DNA from: Eledone cirrhosa
Taxonomy: Eukaryota
DNA length: 64,000 nucleotides
Assembly (NCBI GenBank): GCA_964016885.1
Contig: OZ024742.1
Span: 236,530,001-236,594,000 of the forward strand
Direction: 5' to 3'
Position 1 is the first letter of the stretch. Each line of letters opens with the position of its first letter. The position numbers and the translations under genes are program-made. This document shows, in pieces, positions 13,595 through 27,110 of this stretch. A model generated the notes under the pieces. The model was not told where the DNA came from and made no database searches. It worked only from the letters and a program-made list of their open reading frames with translations.

Positions 13595-15674
13595 TCACTT
13601 ACCTTGATCGTGTGGTGAAGGGACAGTAGAACCGTCCCTTTCGCTGGTCATGGGTGTTTCCAAGAGGATGTCAGTGTATATCCTTTTGGTAACCGACCCT
13701 CTGAAGTCTCCAACTGCGTTGGGGAATTTTTGTTTTAAAGGTTTGTACAGTTCTATTGAGATTTCGATGATCCTTATGTTTGTCGGGAGAGTTCTTGGTG
13801 TTGGTGGAGTGTAGTAGTTTTTTTCTGTGATGTCTGTGTGCTGCTTTATATATTGTATGAGATCTTTTTTTGCCATGTTTATGGCTGAGTACTCTTTGGG
13901 GGGAGGGGGGATTTTGTTGCTGTTTTCTTCTTGTTGCTGTTTGGTGTGTGTGTCTTGTTGTGTTTGCGTTGTTGGTGTTTTTGGTGATACTAGTGGTCGA
14001 GTGGTTGTTGTTGTCAGTGGTGCTTGTGGTGGTGTTGCTGCAAGTTTCCTTGCTGCCTTTACCCCTCTTTGTATGCTCTCGCTTTTGGAGGGTGAATCTA
14101 AGGGGTTTTTTCGTTTTTGTTTTTTGTGGCAGACCGTTTGCCACTTCACTTCCGCCTCAAACTCCATGTCGGATTCTGTGGCATCTGGGAGGGGTATGTG
14201 CTCCATGGCTGTTGGTGGTGGTAGTGGAGCCCTCTTCGGCAATTTTGTTGATGGTGTAGCTACTTCAAATGTAGCTATTGGTGTTGCCGCCACTGATGAT
14301 GCTGCTTTAGTTGTCCGTGGTCTTGGTACGGGTGCTACGGACGTTGGCCTCCTACTCACCGTGGAAGGGGCTTCTGCGTTTGTTTCCTGCCCTGCTCTTG
14401 GTAGCAGCGGACCAGGTATTGGAAGGAGAGGGGCCTTCTTCTTCGTTGTCTTCTGCGGGCAAAAGGCCCTGAGGTGACCCTTCGACCCACAGAAATAACA
14501 TTTTGGCCGTCTTCCTTCTACACTTATAAGGAGTTGGAGTCCTTCCTCGATGTCTATGATATCGGGGATAGCGTCGATACATTCCTGGTCAGTTTGTATA
14601 AGCATTTGCATGCCTATACCTGACCAGTTCTCTCTCCCTATTTTTTCTACGTGCAGCATGGTCGTCCTGTTCTCGATTCCAGCAAGGACAGACGCGGCCA
14701 GCCAAGGTATGGGCACGTCGGGTGGGACCTGGGTCACTTTAACCCTCACAATTTTCTGCCCGCAATAGGAGGGCACCAAGACTATCTCCTCATTCTTTAG
14801 GGTTTCCAAAGAGTGAGACTTTGCTTCCTGTGGGGTGGCGAAAAGTACGTCTACTGTGGCGTACTTTCTGCCTCGGGTGATGTGGGTTTTGCGTGCCCAG
14901 ACGCACCCCAAGGCCTTTTGGATTTGAGCCTCCGTGGCTCTCTCCACCCGATGTGAGATTTTGCTTACGGTGCGGTAAGTCACCGTCCGTAGCTGCTGGT
15001 CCTCGAAAAAAATCGGGTGGAGGTTTCAGGGAGACTCTATTGGCGCTTCTTGTCACCATGGCCCTTGCAACTGCCATCTCCTCCTCTGTGACTAACACTG
15101 TCTCGATATTTCGGGCGACACCTGCAAAAGAAGTAGTCCCTTTTTCAGCAGCACCACTATTGCTGCCGCTACTGGTCTTACTGGTGGTGCTGAGATCGCT
15201 ATTACATGTATCGATGTCAATGTTGTTTTCGTTGGTACAGTTGTTGGTGTTGTTGTTGTTGTTTTCGTTGATACTGTTGCTGTTGTTACTGTTATTGTGA
15301 CTGTTGTTATTATTGTTGTTTTTGTTGATACTGTTCCTACTATTATTGTTGTTATGGCTGTTGTTATTGTCATTGTTATTGTCGTTGTCGACCTTACCGT
15401 TGTTATTTTTGTTATTGTCGTTCTCGACTTTACCGCTGTTATTTTTGTTGTTGCTGTTGTTATTGATGGTGTTGTTGTTGGTGTTGTTGTTGGTGTTATT
15501 TGTGTTAGAAATATTTGTTAATTTTAAATCTGTAACAATCTTCTTTTCCTTTGTAATATTTTCGTTTATATTTACCACCGCTGGAACGTTGTCTTGTTGA
15601 CATGCTGATAAAGTCTCCCTCTCTCTGTGTTGTCTGACAGCGCTCTCTCTCTCTCTGTTTCTTGTGTTATCCAT
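13595..15674 (-). pseudogene. LINE ORF1 (Asn-rich N-terminus, CCHC zinc knuckle CYFCGSKGHLRAFC), split by one frameshift
   Basis: ORFs 14790..15674 and 13595..14983 join into one frame (PDFFEDQQLRTVTYR) if one base is removed from the A7/T7 run at 15006-15012. Confidence 0.8.
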
Positions 15675-16763
15675 GTTGAAATTTTTTCAAAAAAATATTT
15701 TTACACAAATACGAATACGACACCCCGTAAAGAGGTGCCGTATTATTTACGAGTGAACCCCTGTATTAGGTGGGTCACTTTTTCTAAACTTTTATCAAAT
15801 TTAAAACTTGAATAAAAGGTTTAGAACGGTTGAAAACGAAGTAAAACTTTGAAAAGAACTGGAGGCGATAAGAAGCGTGGCTTCACCAAGTAATAATAAT
15901 AATAATAATATGACAAAAATAAGGACTTTTTCTCACAAAGGGTTTATAAAAGCACAAGCGAATGTCACTAGTGAGGTTCCTATAATAGTAGTAAGAGTCT
16001 CCAGTCTCTTGACCAACCCCACCAACTATAACTAAATATGAGTAATTAATGTTGATTTTGTTTCTTACATTATCTACTAGCAATGAATACATATCACGTA
16101 CCGTGCCATTTAGTCTGAAAAAAAAAATGATTTAAAAAAAAACTGTAGATGAAAACTGACGGCAAACTAACACGAAGATGAGGAAAAATATCACATGGCA
16201 TTAAAACACAACAAAACAAACACACAACTGCAGAAGCAGACATTTTAAGATAATTGTTTCTACTTTAGGCACAAGGCCAGCAATTATCCAGTAGTTTTCT
16301 TATACAATACAGTTTGCAAAATGTTGGTGTATATATATAGTTTCTTACAACATAGTTATGGTATTTCAGCAAAGCGAACTGGATGTTCACTGTTCCTCTT
16401 CAGAGAACTTCTCTGATGATGCTCAGAGACCACCCAGCTTGTTTTGTTGAAACGCTATAGCAAGGTGTTGTCTACTAGCAATGAATACATATCACGTACC
16501 ATCGTATGAAACTTCGTATGAATAAATAAAATTATATATAAGTTCTATTATCAATATTGAGTTATCCCTCCTTTCTTGACTAACAATTTCACTAGATCTG
16601 GACACCGCCACCAACTCCAAAAGTGTTCCCTGATCCGGATAATCTTGTTAAAAGCCTGATTCGTGCACTCTACAGCCACAGTGTAACATACCCGCAGTCG
16701 TCTAGGAGGCGGAAGTTACATCCACCCGGTAGAACCAAAATGTGTATGTATTAAGGCCAGTGT

Positions 16764-17290
16764 AAAGAACGCTTCTTTAACCACAAGACGACCTTTAGTC
16801 ACCCAGACCACGAAACTAGCAAGCCACATATAGTCACTGAAGGAGGTGGGCGTGAACTTGTCCATCAAATGGATAGTCCTCGATAACCGAGACCATATGT
16901 AAATGGATCTAAGACGGGCAGATTCTGCATCAATGAATGATCAAATGCATTGTAGAGATTACGCAACAATGCTTGCCTTAACACGAGACTCGAATTTTTC
17001 AACCGCTGCCCCCACGTTTCAAAATATTTATTATGTGACTAGAATGACTCAGAATAACCAGAGGATTGACGTTATCTCAGGCTAAACTATCACAAGGATC
17101 CATTCTTCAAAAGTTATCTTCCCTACAACAGTCTAATTACAGTTACGCCCCTTGTTACGGAAATGAAACTGATCTCTTTTGCACAGAATCCATCCAGCTC
17201 AATAATACTTCCGTTCCCACTACAACCATACACAGGTTGAAAATTCTATTTCAGGTGAAACACGTGTTCTCAAGTATAGTTTAGTAATTT
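16764..17290 (+). mobile_element. Degenerate Penelope-like element: C-terminal part of GIY-YIG endonuclease plus 3' region
   Basis: Manual frameshifted translation KERFFNHKTTF...SHI*SLKE..SIKWIVL..PYVNGSK..FCINE..CLNTRLEFFNRCPH..KYLL resembles PLE endonuclease C-termini. A degenerate HHR end GGTGAAACACGTGTT lies at ~17254-17268. Confidence 0.6.
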
Positions 17291-17315
17291 CGGAATTAAC
17301 TCTCTCTCTCTCTAC

Positions 17316-17387
<72 letters not shown>

Positions 17388-17388
17388 C

Positions 17389-17431
<43 letters not shown>

Positions 17432-18079
17432 ACACACACACACACACATATGTATAATGTTTTGACCTGTGAATGAGGGTATTATCATGTAGAAATGATG
17501 ATGGTGATGGCTTCTTTCTTCTTTCGAAGTCAACTTTATGGAGGAGATGAATTCAATTTTAATTGACACCCATATCGTCGCCAACATCGCTCTCCTCGTC
17601 ATCATCATGTTCATCAATAACACTTATATTATACGTCCGTTTTCAATGCTTGCATGGTTGCTCAGGTTATGCTCGTCCGAGATTAATACGAGATATAAGT
17701 TCCATGTTTTATTAAGTTTTATTTTCACGGTTAGCTGCTCTTCCTAACGCCAAACAATTGTGCTGTGTGCATTTTAGCGGAGCAACAGCATGATTCTTTA
17801 CAGCGAGTAGTCGATGCATTTTATCGTGACACCAGCTGCACTATATTATTTTTACGTAGCACCAGCACTACCTCTTTACAGAGTGGAGTGAGTGCGTTCT
17901 ATTGTGGATACAGCACTTGTGAGGCTTTCATGTACTCAAGACTGAATACATATAGGCCAACCCATATTACCGACTGGTTTCGTGTAAGTATTGTTAGCAG
18001 CAAAATTAACTTTTGTCGTGTCACCCAACTTAATAATAATGGTTTCTCACATAGGGTGCAAAGCCTTAAATTGTTGAGG

Positions 18080-18245
18080 AAACGACAGTAAATTGAATCG
18101 ACCTCAGCACGTGTCGGTATTTTATTTATCGACCCTGGAATGATGAAAGATAAAACCTTGTCGGGATTTGAACTCAAAACGGAAAGAACTGGAACAAATG
18201 ACACAAAGCATCTTGCCCACACTCTACAGTATCTACCAATCAACT
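18080..18245 (-). mobile_element. Degenerate tRNA-SINE copy
   Basis: Reverse complement of the SINE core (ggtattttatttatcgaccc...gatgaaag...ggatttgaactc). Confidence 0.65.
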
Positions 18246-18359
18246 TACACCCCTTCGCCTTTTTAATCTTGGCACGAAGCCAAGGAATTAAAGAAGCTGA
18301 AAATTAACAACTTTTATTATTAAAAAGTTGACGTCAGTGGGATTTGAAATTTGAACGTA

Positions 18360-18505
18360 AAGTGCCGAGTGCAAATCTCGCCAAGGTCAACTTTGCTTTC
18401 ATCCTACCGAATTCCATCAAATAAAATACTAGTCTAGCATTTGGGTCGATATAATCGACGTTCCCCTGCCACTAAACTGCTGACCTTGCGCTTAAATTAG
18501 AACCG
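18360..18505 (+). mobile_element. Degenerate tRNA-SINE copy
   Basis: gagtgcaaatctcgccaaggtcaactttgctttcatcc...aaataaatactagt. Confidence 0.6.
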
Positions 18506-18855
18506 ATCCAACAATGCTTTAACTGCAATACAGATATTGAAAACAAAAGTATAACATAACTCTCTATATAAGTGTCAATTAATTCAACTTTATTTAAGCT
18601 AAAACAGAACGACTAATATGAAGCTAATTACATCAGTCGTTTTCTTACAGACTTGATCAAGATAGCTCATCTTCATATTATTTACAACTATTTGCTAATT
18701 TGTCTACTGTCTATTACTATTTCATATATATAATTCTTAACATTGTCTAGCCACATATTTTTCACTCATTCTCTAAATATACATTGTATACACACACTTA
18801 CTCACACACACATATATATATATAGATATACGTATACACACACACATATATATAC

Positions 18856-19090
18856 ATGTTTTTCCAAATTGAAGGATAAGTATTTTAGACTTTATTTTAT
18901 CATGAGTTAAGGCTCTATTGATTCTTCCCTGGATTTCACTAAATTCTGTGGATGAATTTATATCCTGATTCTCTTTTAAGATGAGTTTGAATTATTTTTC
19001 CTACATTTTCCCATGTTGACGACATAGTCGCATATATGTTATGGAATACTGTTAGCTTCTCGCTAAAACAATTTCTATACCTTTCATTTA
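18856..19090 (+). mobile_element. Diverged 3' fragment of the 631-bp HHR repeat family at 44.5-45.8 kb, inserted in (TA)n
   Basis: Reverse complement aligns with 44501-44751 and begins just downstream of the predicted ribozyme cleavage site and stem I. Confidence 0.8.
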
Positions 19091-19110
19091 TATATATACA
19101 CATATATATG

Positions 19111-19146
<36 letters not shown>

Positions 19147-19421
19147 ATATATATATATGTATATATATATATATAATATATATATGTATATATATATATA
19201 TATAAATATATAATATATATATGTATATATATATATATAATATATATATATGTATATAAAAATAAAAATACTAGAGTGTTGGAGTTAAACACCCTCTTCA
19301 TATTATAGAAATGACAGTATAAGATATAGCTCAATGTAATTAAACAGAGCCGAAGGATTATAAAAAATAAACCAAAGAAGCCTTCAATACATCAAAAGTC
19401 TTTATTAGCTTTAAAAGTCTT

Positions 19422-19440
19422 TATATATATATGTATATAT

Positions 19441-19521
<81 letters not shown>

Positions 19522-19523
19522 TA

Positions 19524-19556
<33 letters not shown>

Positions 19557-19900
19557 ATATATATATGTATATATATATATATAATATATATATATATGTT
19601 TATATATATATATATATAATATATATATGTATATATATATATATAATATATATATATATGTTTATATATATATATATATAATATATATATGTATATATAT
19701 ATATATAATATATATGTATATATATATATATAATATATATATATATTATATATATATATATATAATATATATATGTATATATGTATATATATATATATAT
19801 AATATATATGTATATATATATATATATATAATATATATATATATGTTTATATATATATATATATAATATATATATATATGTTTATATATATATATATATA

Positions 19901-19933
<33 letters not shown>

Positions 19934-19946
19934 TAATATATATATG

Positions 19947-20014
<68 letters not shown>

Positions 20015-20077
20015 TATGTATATATATATATATATAATATATATATATATATGTTTATATATATATATATATATATA

Positions 20078-20171
<94 letters not shown>

Positions 20172-20236
20172 TGTATATATATATATATAATATATATATA
20201 TATGTATATATATAATATATATATATATATATAATA

Positions 20237-20294
<58 letters not shown>

Positions 20295-20455
20295 TATAAT
20301 ATATAATATATATAATATATATATATAATATATATATGTATATATATATATGTATATATATATATTTATATATATATATATAATATATAATATATATATA
20401 TATAATATATATATAATATATATATGTATGTATATATATATAATATATATATGTA

Positions 20456-20499
<44 letters not shown>

Positions 20500-20592
20500 T
20501 ATGTATGTATATATATATATATAATATATATATATATATATAATATATATAGTATGTATATATATATATATAATATATATATGTATGTATAT

Positions 20593-20643
<51 letters not shown>

Positions 20644-20668
20644 ATATATATATATGTATATATATATA

Positions 20669-20699
<31 letters not shown>

Positions 20700-20967
20700 T
20701 GTATATATATAAATATATATATATGTATATATATGTATATATATAATATATATATGTTTATATATATATATATAAATATATATATGTATATATATAATAT
20801 ATATATATATGTATATATATATAATATATATATATGTATATATATATAATATATATATATATATAATATATATATATAATATATATATGTATATATATAT
20901 AATAGATATATGTAATATATATATGTATATAATATATATATAATATATATATATATGTATATATATA

Positions 20968-21014
<47 letters not shown>

Positions 21015-21168
21015 GTATATATATAAATAAATATATATGTATATATATAATATATATATATGTATATATATATGTATATATATATATAATATATATGTAT
21101 ATATATATATATACATATATATAATTATATATATTATATATATATAATATATATGTATATATATATAG

Positions 21169-21200
<32 letters not shown>

Positions 21201-21203
21201 TAA

Positions 21204-21253
<50 letters not shown>

Positions 21254-21284
21254 ATATATATATTGTTATATATATATATATATA

Positions 21285-21331
<47 letters not shown>

Positions 21332-21400
21332 TACACACGCATATATGTATATATATATGTGTATGTATACACACAGACACACACACATATAAATATATGT
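19422..21400. repeat. Long degenerate (TA)n array with TAA/TG interruptions
   Basis: Directly visible. Confidence 0.95.
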
Positions 21401-21516
21401 ATATATATATGTGTGTGTGTGCGTTGTGTGTACATATATATATTCATACATACATATATAATATACGTGAGTGTGTTTACGTGTATCTGTCTGTGAGAGT
21501 ATGTGTGGTATATTGA

Positions 21517-22160
21517 TATCCCTAAGTCGCTAACAGGCTGCGGGCTGTCCAGTTTGAGGCGGGCGTAGCTGACCAGTGAAGCACAAGGGGCCATCTCCCT
21601 GTCGGAAAGCAGCCCCTGGCGCCATCCTCATACGCCTATCATGTGCTACTTTCAATGTTTTGCCACCGCTGTTTGGCGACGCTGGAATGACCTCTGAAGG
21701 GCGCAGACCTGGACAGGGTTTTATGAGAGATGGGCAGCCGCCCATGTAGCACGTCTACCTTCTCCGCACCACCGGTGTTGTCCAAGGGAACAGCAGAGGC
21801 CAGTACAACTTGGCACAGTGGAGTCGCAGGAGCGGCAGAAACAAAGCTAGATGTAACATTGAACTGACTTAGGGTCCCGGGCTTTGGATCATCCTCGGGG
21901 TTTAATCCGAAGCCTTTCCATAAGTGGGTATAGCCGCAAAGCAGTGGAGATTTCCTTCTAGACTGACGAGTAGCATCTACACTGAACACAGGTTTGAAGG
22001 CACCAGAACCTACCTACGCCTCTTCTCCTGTCAGTAGGGACAGTCCTACCGGGTCTACATTGTAAGCCACACGAGATGACCAGGATCTGGACTTGGTGGC
22101 CAGAGGCTTTTTGAGGTGCATGTTGTGAGGATGTTTTAAGCAGCACGAGCTCATCCCCGT
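21517..22160 (-). mobile_element. RTE-clade LINE 5' UTR fragment (GC-rich, structured), without ORF
   Basis: GC-rich island ending ...cagctacgcccgcctcaaactggacagcccgcagcc, a motif I recall from RTE/AviRTE-like 5' UTRs; family assignment is from memory. Confidence 0.5.
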
Positions 22161-22469
22161 CGACCTAATGTGTATATATATATACCCGTCGACCTAATGT
22201 ATATATATATATAATATATATTCATATGTATATATTCCTATATGTATGTATATATATTTATATTTATATTTATATTTATGTATTTATATTTATACGTCGG
22301 TGCCAGTTTGAATCTCATCGGAGGTGTTTTTAGCTGTGTTGTTCCAATCTCTGCTTATCATGTCGACCTGACTTCAGGAGTTGGCTCGTATCCAGGCCCT
22401 GTTTAATCACGTCGAAGCAACTATTTTGTAGATAATAATCGCGATCGTACAAAATTACATTAAAAGCCA

Positions 22470-22660
22470 GGCCATTGGTTTTTCAGAATCGTTAGAGCGA
22501 CGTATAGAATGCATAACACTATTTCATTTGTACTCTCTACGTTCTAGTTTCAAATCTCACCGAGGTCAACTTCCCTTTGATCACTCATGTGTCGATAAAG
22601 ATAAAGTACCATAAAGCACTGAGATGGGATGAGGTACGCCTAATGAAAGGGCCCGAATAA
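22470..22660 (+). mobile_element. Degenerate tRNA-SINE copy
   Basis: tttcaaatctcaccgaggtcaacttccctttgatcac...gtcgataaagataaagtacc. Confidence 0.55.
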
Positions 22661-22930
22661 CAGGGGTTATGATCATACACTCTTGTTCATACCATGAAAC
22701 GTAAGGATGCGCAAAAACTTTCCATGTATACGAATTATAATATATACAACACGCACGGGTTCCTGGCCTCATAAAACTAACGGAGACCTTGGACATGACT
22801 AAAATGGTTCTTCCGTTTTACGATGTAATTGTTGAACTGAGGGTTTTCTTTAAAAAATATCCTATAATCAGTTCAAATGTCACACCACCTCATTTACCAC
22901 CTACAATGCCGTTAATATTCATAGAAGTGG

Positions 22931-22967
<37 letters not shown>

Positions 22968-23827
22968 AGGCTTGACGAATACCACATGTAAAGTTTACCT
23001 GATCAAGTCGACAACAGATGAACAGCGCCGAGAAGTAAAAACAAATATGTTTATAAAACAAACATATTAATCTAAGATGTTTTTAGTTTTTGCCTTATTG
23101 CCTTTTCTACCATTTTTAACGGTGGTGTTGTTGTTTTCATTTCATTTTATTCCACTATTTAGATAACTAAAAGTATTTGGGGAATGGGATGTGCACAAAT
23201 ATACGTATGTGTGTGTGTGTATGTGTATGTATATATATATATATATATATACACACACATGCGAGGGAGAGAGAGGAAAGTGAGAGTTGGAGGGTACGTC
23301 GAGGCAGAGGTCATTGTTAATGAGTCATGGGTTTTTTTCTTTTTTTTAATCACTTTAACCTCCACTTTGACAGCACCCCGTCACCAGCGGCGGAATAGAA
23401 GAAAACAACTTATTTTAAGAGAAACATCAACAACACAAGTACTACATCTCAACCCGCCCACTGCATTCTCTATGCACCCGACACTAGTCGTCAATCCCTC
23501 GGAGTCGCGGTTGATCGGTCTTCAGATTGCGGAGACTGGAACCGGAGTGGGTCTTGTTTAACTTTTAGTAACTATTTTGCACACCAGCTTGTTTGCTCTA
23601 GATATTTGCAATATGATTACATCTTTAGACAGTGATACATATATATATATTAGTGAATTATTGAGGTGGTACCTTTATGAGTACTCGATGCACAGGCAGA
23701 GTGTATATATTATGAGAAACGATGAAGTTTCGTTTACATGTATTAGAAGTTATGTATATAATAATATATATGTATATACATGTATATATGTGTTTGTGTA
23801 TGTATGTATGCATGTATGTACACACAC

Positions 23828-23868
<41 letters not shown>

Positions 23869-23933
23869 CATATACACACATATATATATATACACACACA
23901 TATATATACACACATATATATATATATATGTAT

Positions 23934-24107
23934 AACAAAGGATTGTGGTAAGGAACCAGATGGACCATAACGCACCAGAGTACTCAATACTTATAGTAGT
24001 AGAGTGGGAAATAGGAAAAAGTATGACCCCGACGGCAGAGTTCAAGCCGTTTCGACGGCTATTTCTGGACAGAATTAGCCGTCGAAACGGAGTCATACTT
24101 TTTCCTA
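23934..24107. mobile_element. Family A fold-back element (HHR half-motif) in (TA)n
   Basis: Inverted arms ataggaaaaagtatgac...ccgtttcgacggcta / agaattagccgtcgaaacgg...gtcatactttttcctat; homologous to 32885-33060, 36728-36925, 48621-48676 and 53085-53146. Confidence 0.85.
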
Positions 24108-24688
24108 TGCTTTCTGGAGAATAGAGGAAAGGTGTTTCCTCAAAAACCAGTATATATATATATATATATATATATATTTGATTGTGTGTATATCTGTATA
24201 AAAGTACATATATGTATGTTTATGTGAGTGAATGTGTGTGTATTGTGTATGTATTTATATATGTGTGTGTGTGTATTTATGTGTTTGTGTATGTATATAT
24301 ATATGGTTGTATGTGTGCATTTTTACTTATCGTTTGTTAACACGTATCATTTTGTCTTTATTTCGTTTTTTGACTTTGTATTTTTTATTCTTATGCATTT
24401 ATTTATTCTTATTACTTCATGTATATGTATGTGTATGCATCTATGTCCCTGTCTGTAGACGCATATATGCTTAAATGAAAATGTATACGTCTACGTACTT
24501 TTTAAGTATATACGCGTGGCTGAGTGTGTATGTTTATGTTCTGGATATTTATTGTTTATATATATATATTTTTTTTTTATATCCTTTTTCCCCTCTTCTT
24601 CTTCGCCCGTTTTTTTCTCAGCCTCACTTTCATATTTCTTAAATTTTCTTTTCAAATCCATATTTAATAAAAACACCATGTTTTTTTA

Positions 24689-24749
24689 TTCATTCTGACG
24701 ACTGAAAACAGATCTAGCATCTGCTTTCAAGAAACCACTGGTAAATGAA
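24689..24749 (+). ncRNA. Type-I hammerhead ribozyme candidate (family F)
   Basis: Stem I ttcatt/aatgaa, CTGACGA, stem II tgaaaacagat/atctgctttca, GAAA, stem III ACCA-c-TGGT, GUA triplet. Confidence 0.75.
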
Positions 24750-24867
24750 ATAATTATCTTATGTTGTTTATTACATAACTAATAAGCTCTGTAGACTACA
24801 TAGAGAACTCTTTTTTCCTGTACCTTTCCGACGGAATTACTTCATTTATATATATATATATATATTT

Positions 24868-25000
24868 ATTTATTAAAATAACAGATTAAAGTTTAAGCAA
24901 AGAATCGCTGCTTTCACCCTTAACGGAATCTTCTGAAGATTCCGTTAAAGGTGAAAGCAGCGATTCTTTGCTTAAACTTTAATCTGTTATTTTAATAAAT
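24868..25000. repeat. 66-bp-arm palindrome centred on an HHR core (family B)
   Basis: Arms 24868-24933 and 24935-25000 with one mismatch; centre ttc-t-gaa; right arm reads CTGAAGA ttccgttaaaggt GAAAGCAG...TTGCTT. Confidence 0.9.
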
Positions 25001-25088
25001 ATTTGCTCTACGGTTCTTATATATTTGATATATATTTATCCTTATCGAGCCCACTTTGGAATTCAGTCTTCAAATTTATTATTATTAC

Positions 25089-25113
<25 letters not shown>

Positions 25114-25119
<6 letters not shown>

Positions 25120-25977
25120 AATATGGGTGAGAAGAATACTGCTGGTTGCACATGGATAACATGTTATAAAATGAGTCCCTCATCAGTGATTTACCAAACG
25201 ATCATGGGTATTTCATCGCATTAAAAATCATATACCTCACGTTGGAGCCATAATAACTAAAATAAGTTATTAGGACAATAGAAACGCGTAAAGCGAGTGA
25301 GACAAGTAAACAACACAGGGGGAAGCTAACCGAATATGGAAATAAACACAAGCAACATAGTTATTCTTTCAGCATAAGCTGGGTGAATATATGAGCGAGT
25401 CAGAAAACAGACCTTTCGCTAGTGAATCCGGTGTTAGAAAGAATGAAAACCGTTTTCCCAGCGAACGGGAGGAAGAAAGAAGGGGAGAAACAGGGACTGA
25501 GTGAGTGGGAGTGCGAGGAAGAGGTCAGTAGAGAGAAAGAGTTAACTGACATGGCAGAGGGGACGAAAGAAAGTAAGAGAAACAGAGAGAACGAGGGAGC
25601 AGTAAGAGAGAAAGAGAGAAACACAGAATTGCAGTTTGGGTAAATATATGAAAAATATGGGTGAGAAGAATACTGCTGGTTGCACATGGATAACATGTTA
25701 TAAAATGAGTCCCTCATCAGTGATTTACCAAACGATCATGGGTATTTCATCGCATTAAAAATCATATACCTCACGTTGGAGCGATAATAACTAAAATAAG
25801 TTATTAGGACAATAGAAACGCGTAAAGCGAGTGAGACAAGTAAACAACACAGGGGGAAGCTAACCGAAGATGGAAATAAACACAAGCAACATAGTTATTC
25901 TTTCAGCATAAGCTGTGTGAATATATGAGCGAGTCAGGAACAGACCTTTGGCTAGTGAATCCGGTGTTAGAAAGAAT
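25114..25977 (-). repeat. 534-bp-period partial tandem (two ~330-bp direct repeats) between (TA)n runs; pseudo-LTR-like
   Basis: 25114-25444 and 25648-25977 are nearly identical, with a purine-rich spacer; CTGATGA on the minus strand lacks a complete HHR. Confidence 0.85.
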
Positions 25978-26930
25978 ATATATATATATATGCAATTATG
26001 TAAATATTTATCCTGTTTTATTTGAAAAACTTAAAATATTATAACCAGTTCGCTTCAGTGCCTAGTTCCATATTAATGTTTATCTCGTAACGTTAAATAT
26101 TAACCGTTGTGGAGATGTGTTTTCAAAATGTAATATTCACGATGTACTAATTAATTTATATTTTCATCACTTTCATAATTCTGAAGATTCCAATTTTTGT
26201 ATATCTAATTAATTAATTAGTAGTTAATTATTAATCAACACCCAATATGGAAGAAACGATCGTAAATTAATTAAAATGATATATGATTAACTGTTTTGGT
26301 CCTTTATATTATTATAATAATGTATATATTTATATACATACAACCTGCTTGTGTTTATGTGCGTATATTCTACCTTTGGTCACGTGTGTGTGGGTGTTGG
26401 TATTACATCAGTGTATATTTATATTCTATCTTAGATCACTAGTGTGTGTTTGTATGTGGTTGTTGTTATTCCATTTATGTTTTCTGTTCAGCCGAGGTTT
26501 TCTTAATTCTATTTCTGTAACCTCCCTAATTTCTCTAATTGTGGAGTCATTCTTATGTTTAGATATGATTTTAATTTCTATGTTGTCTGTATTACGACCA
26601 TGACTTAGTCGGGAGTGTTCATATAGTACTGAATTGTCTTTTTGTCCTGTTAGTTCACTCCAGTGTTCATCTATTCCCTCTTCCACGTATGTCGTTGCCA
26701 TGTTACTGCCGGCACCATCTTATACTATAGAATACATTTCTAGTTTTACAATTTATTTGTGGACTTACTATATTACACATTTCTTATTTGTACAGCGGGT
26801 ACATACATACATACATACATACATACATACATACATACATACATACATACATACATACATACATACATACATACATACGTTCATTCATTCATTCATTCAT
26901 TCATTCATTCATTCAAGTATTCATTATTCA

Positions 26931-27110
26931 TTGGCTGTATCGGTAGAGGGTCGGACGCCAGGCTTTGAAGTATAGAGCTACCTCCCTGTATGATCTGAGT
27001 TCAAATCCCGCCGAGGTTAACTTTGCCTTTCATCCTTACGGGGTCGATAAAATAAAGTACCAGTAATGCACCTAATTGCTGGCCTTGTGCCAAAAGTAGA
27101 AACAATTATT
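26931..27110 (+). mobile_element. tRNA-SINE copy
   Basis: Very similar to 9864-10045; possible TSD attattca. Confidence 0.85.

Larger units (their letters stand above)
10868..15890 (-). mobile_element. Near full-length L1/Tx1-clade LINE (ORF1 + APE/RT ORF2, degenerate)
   Basis: ORF1 has a zinc knuckle. ORF2 has GSINARGL, VGDWN, TWTN, SYLDR, TDH, GPGYW, KSPGLDG, FRPITLLN, VRQGCPLLS and AYADD-like motifs. The 3' AATAAA is followed by an (ATT)n tail, and (TAA)n flanks both ends. Confidence 0.92.

Noticed and set aside
16411-16460. CTGATGA...GAAAC and other isolated cores (7875, 27868 minus, 28550)
   Set aside because: Could not form convincing stems I-III
16072-16500. 29-bp direct repeat tctactagcaatgaatacatatcacgtacc as a TSD of the Tx1 LINE
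   Set aside because: Both copies lie on the same side of the LINE; unexplained small duplication
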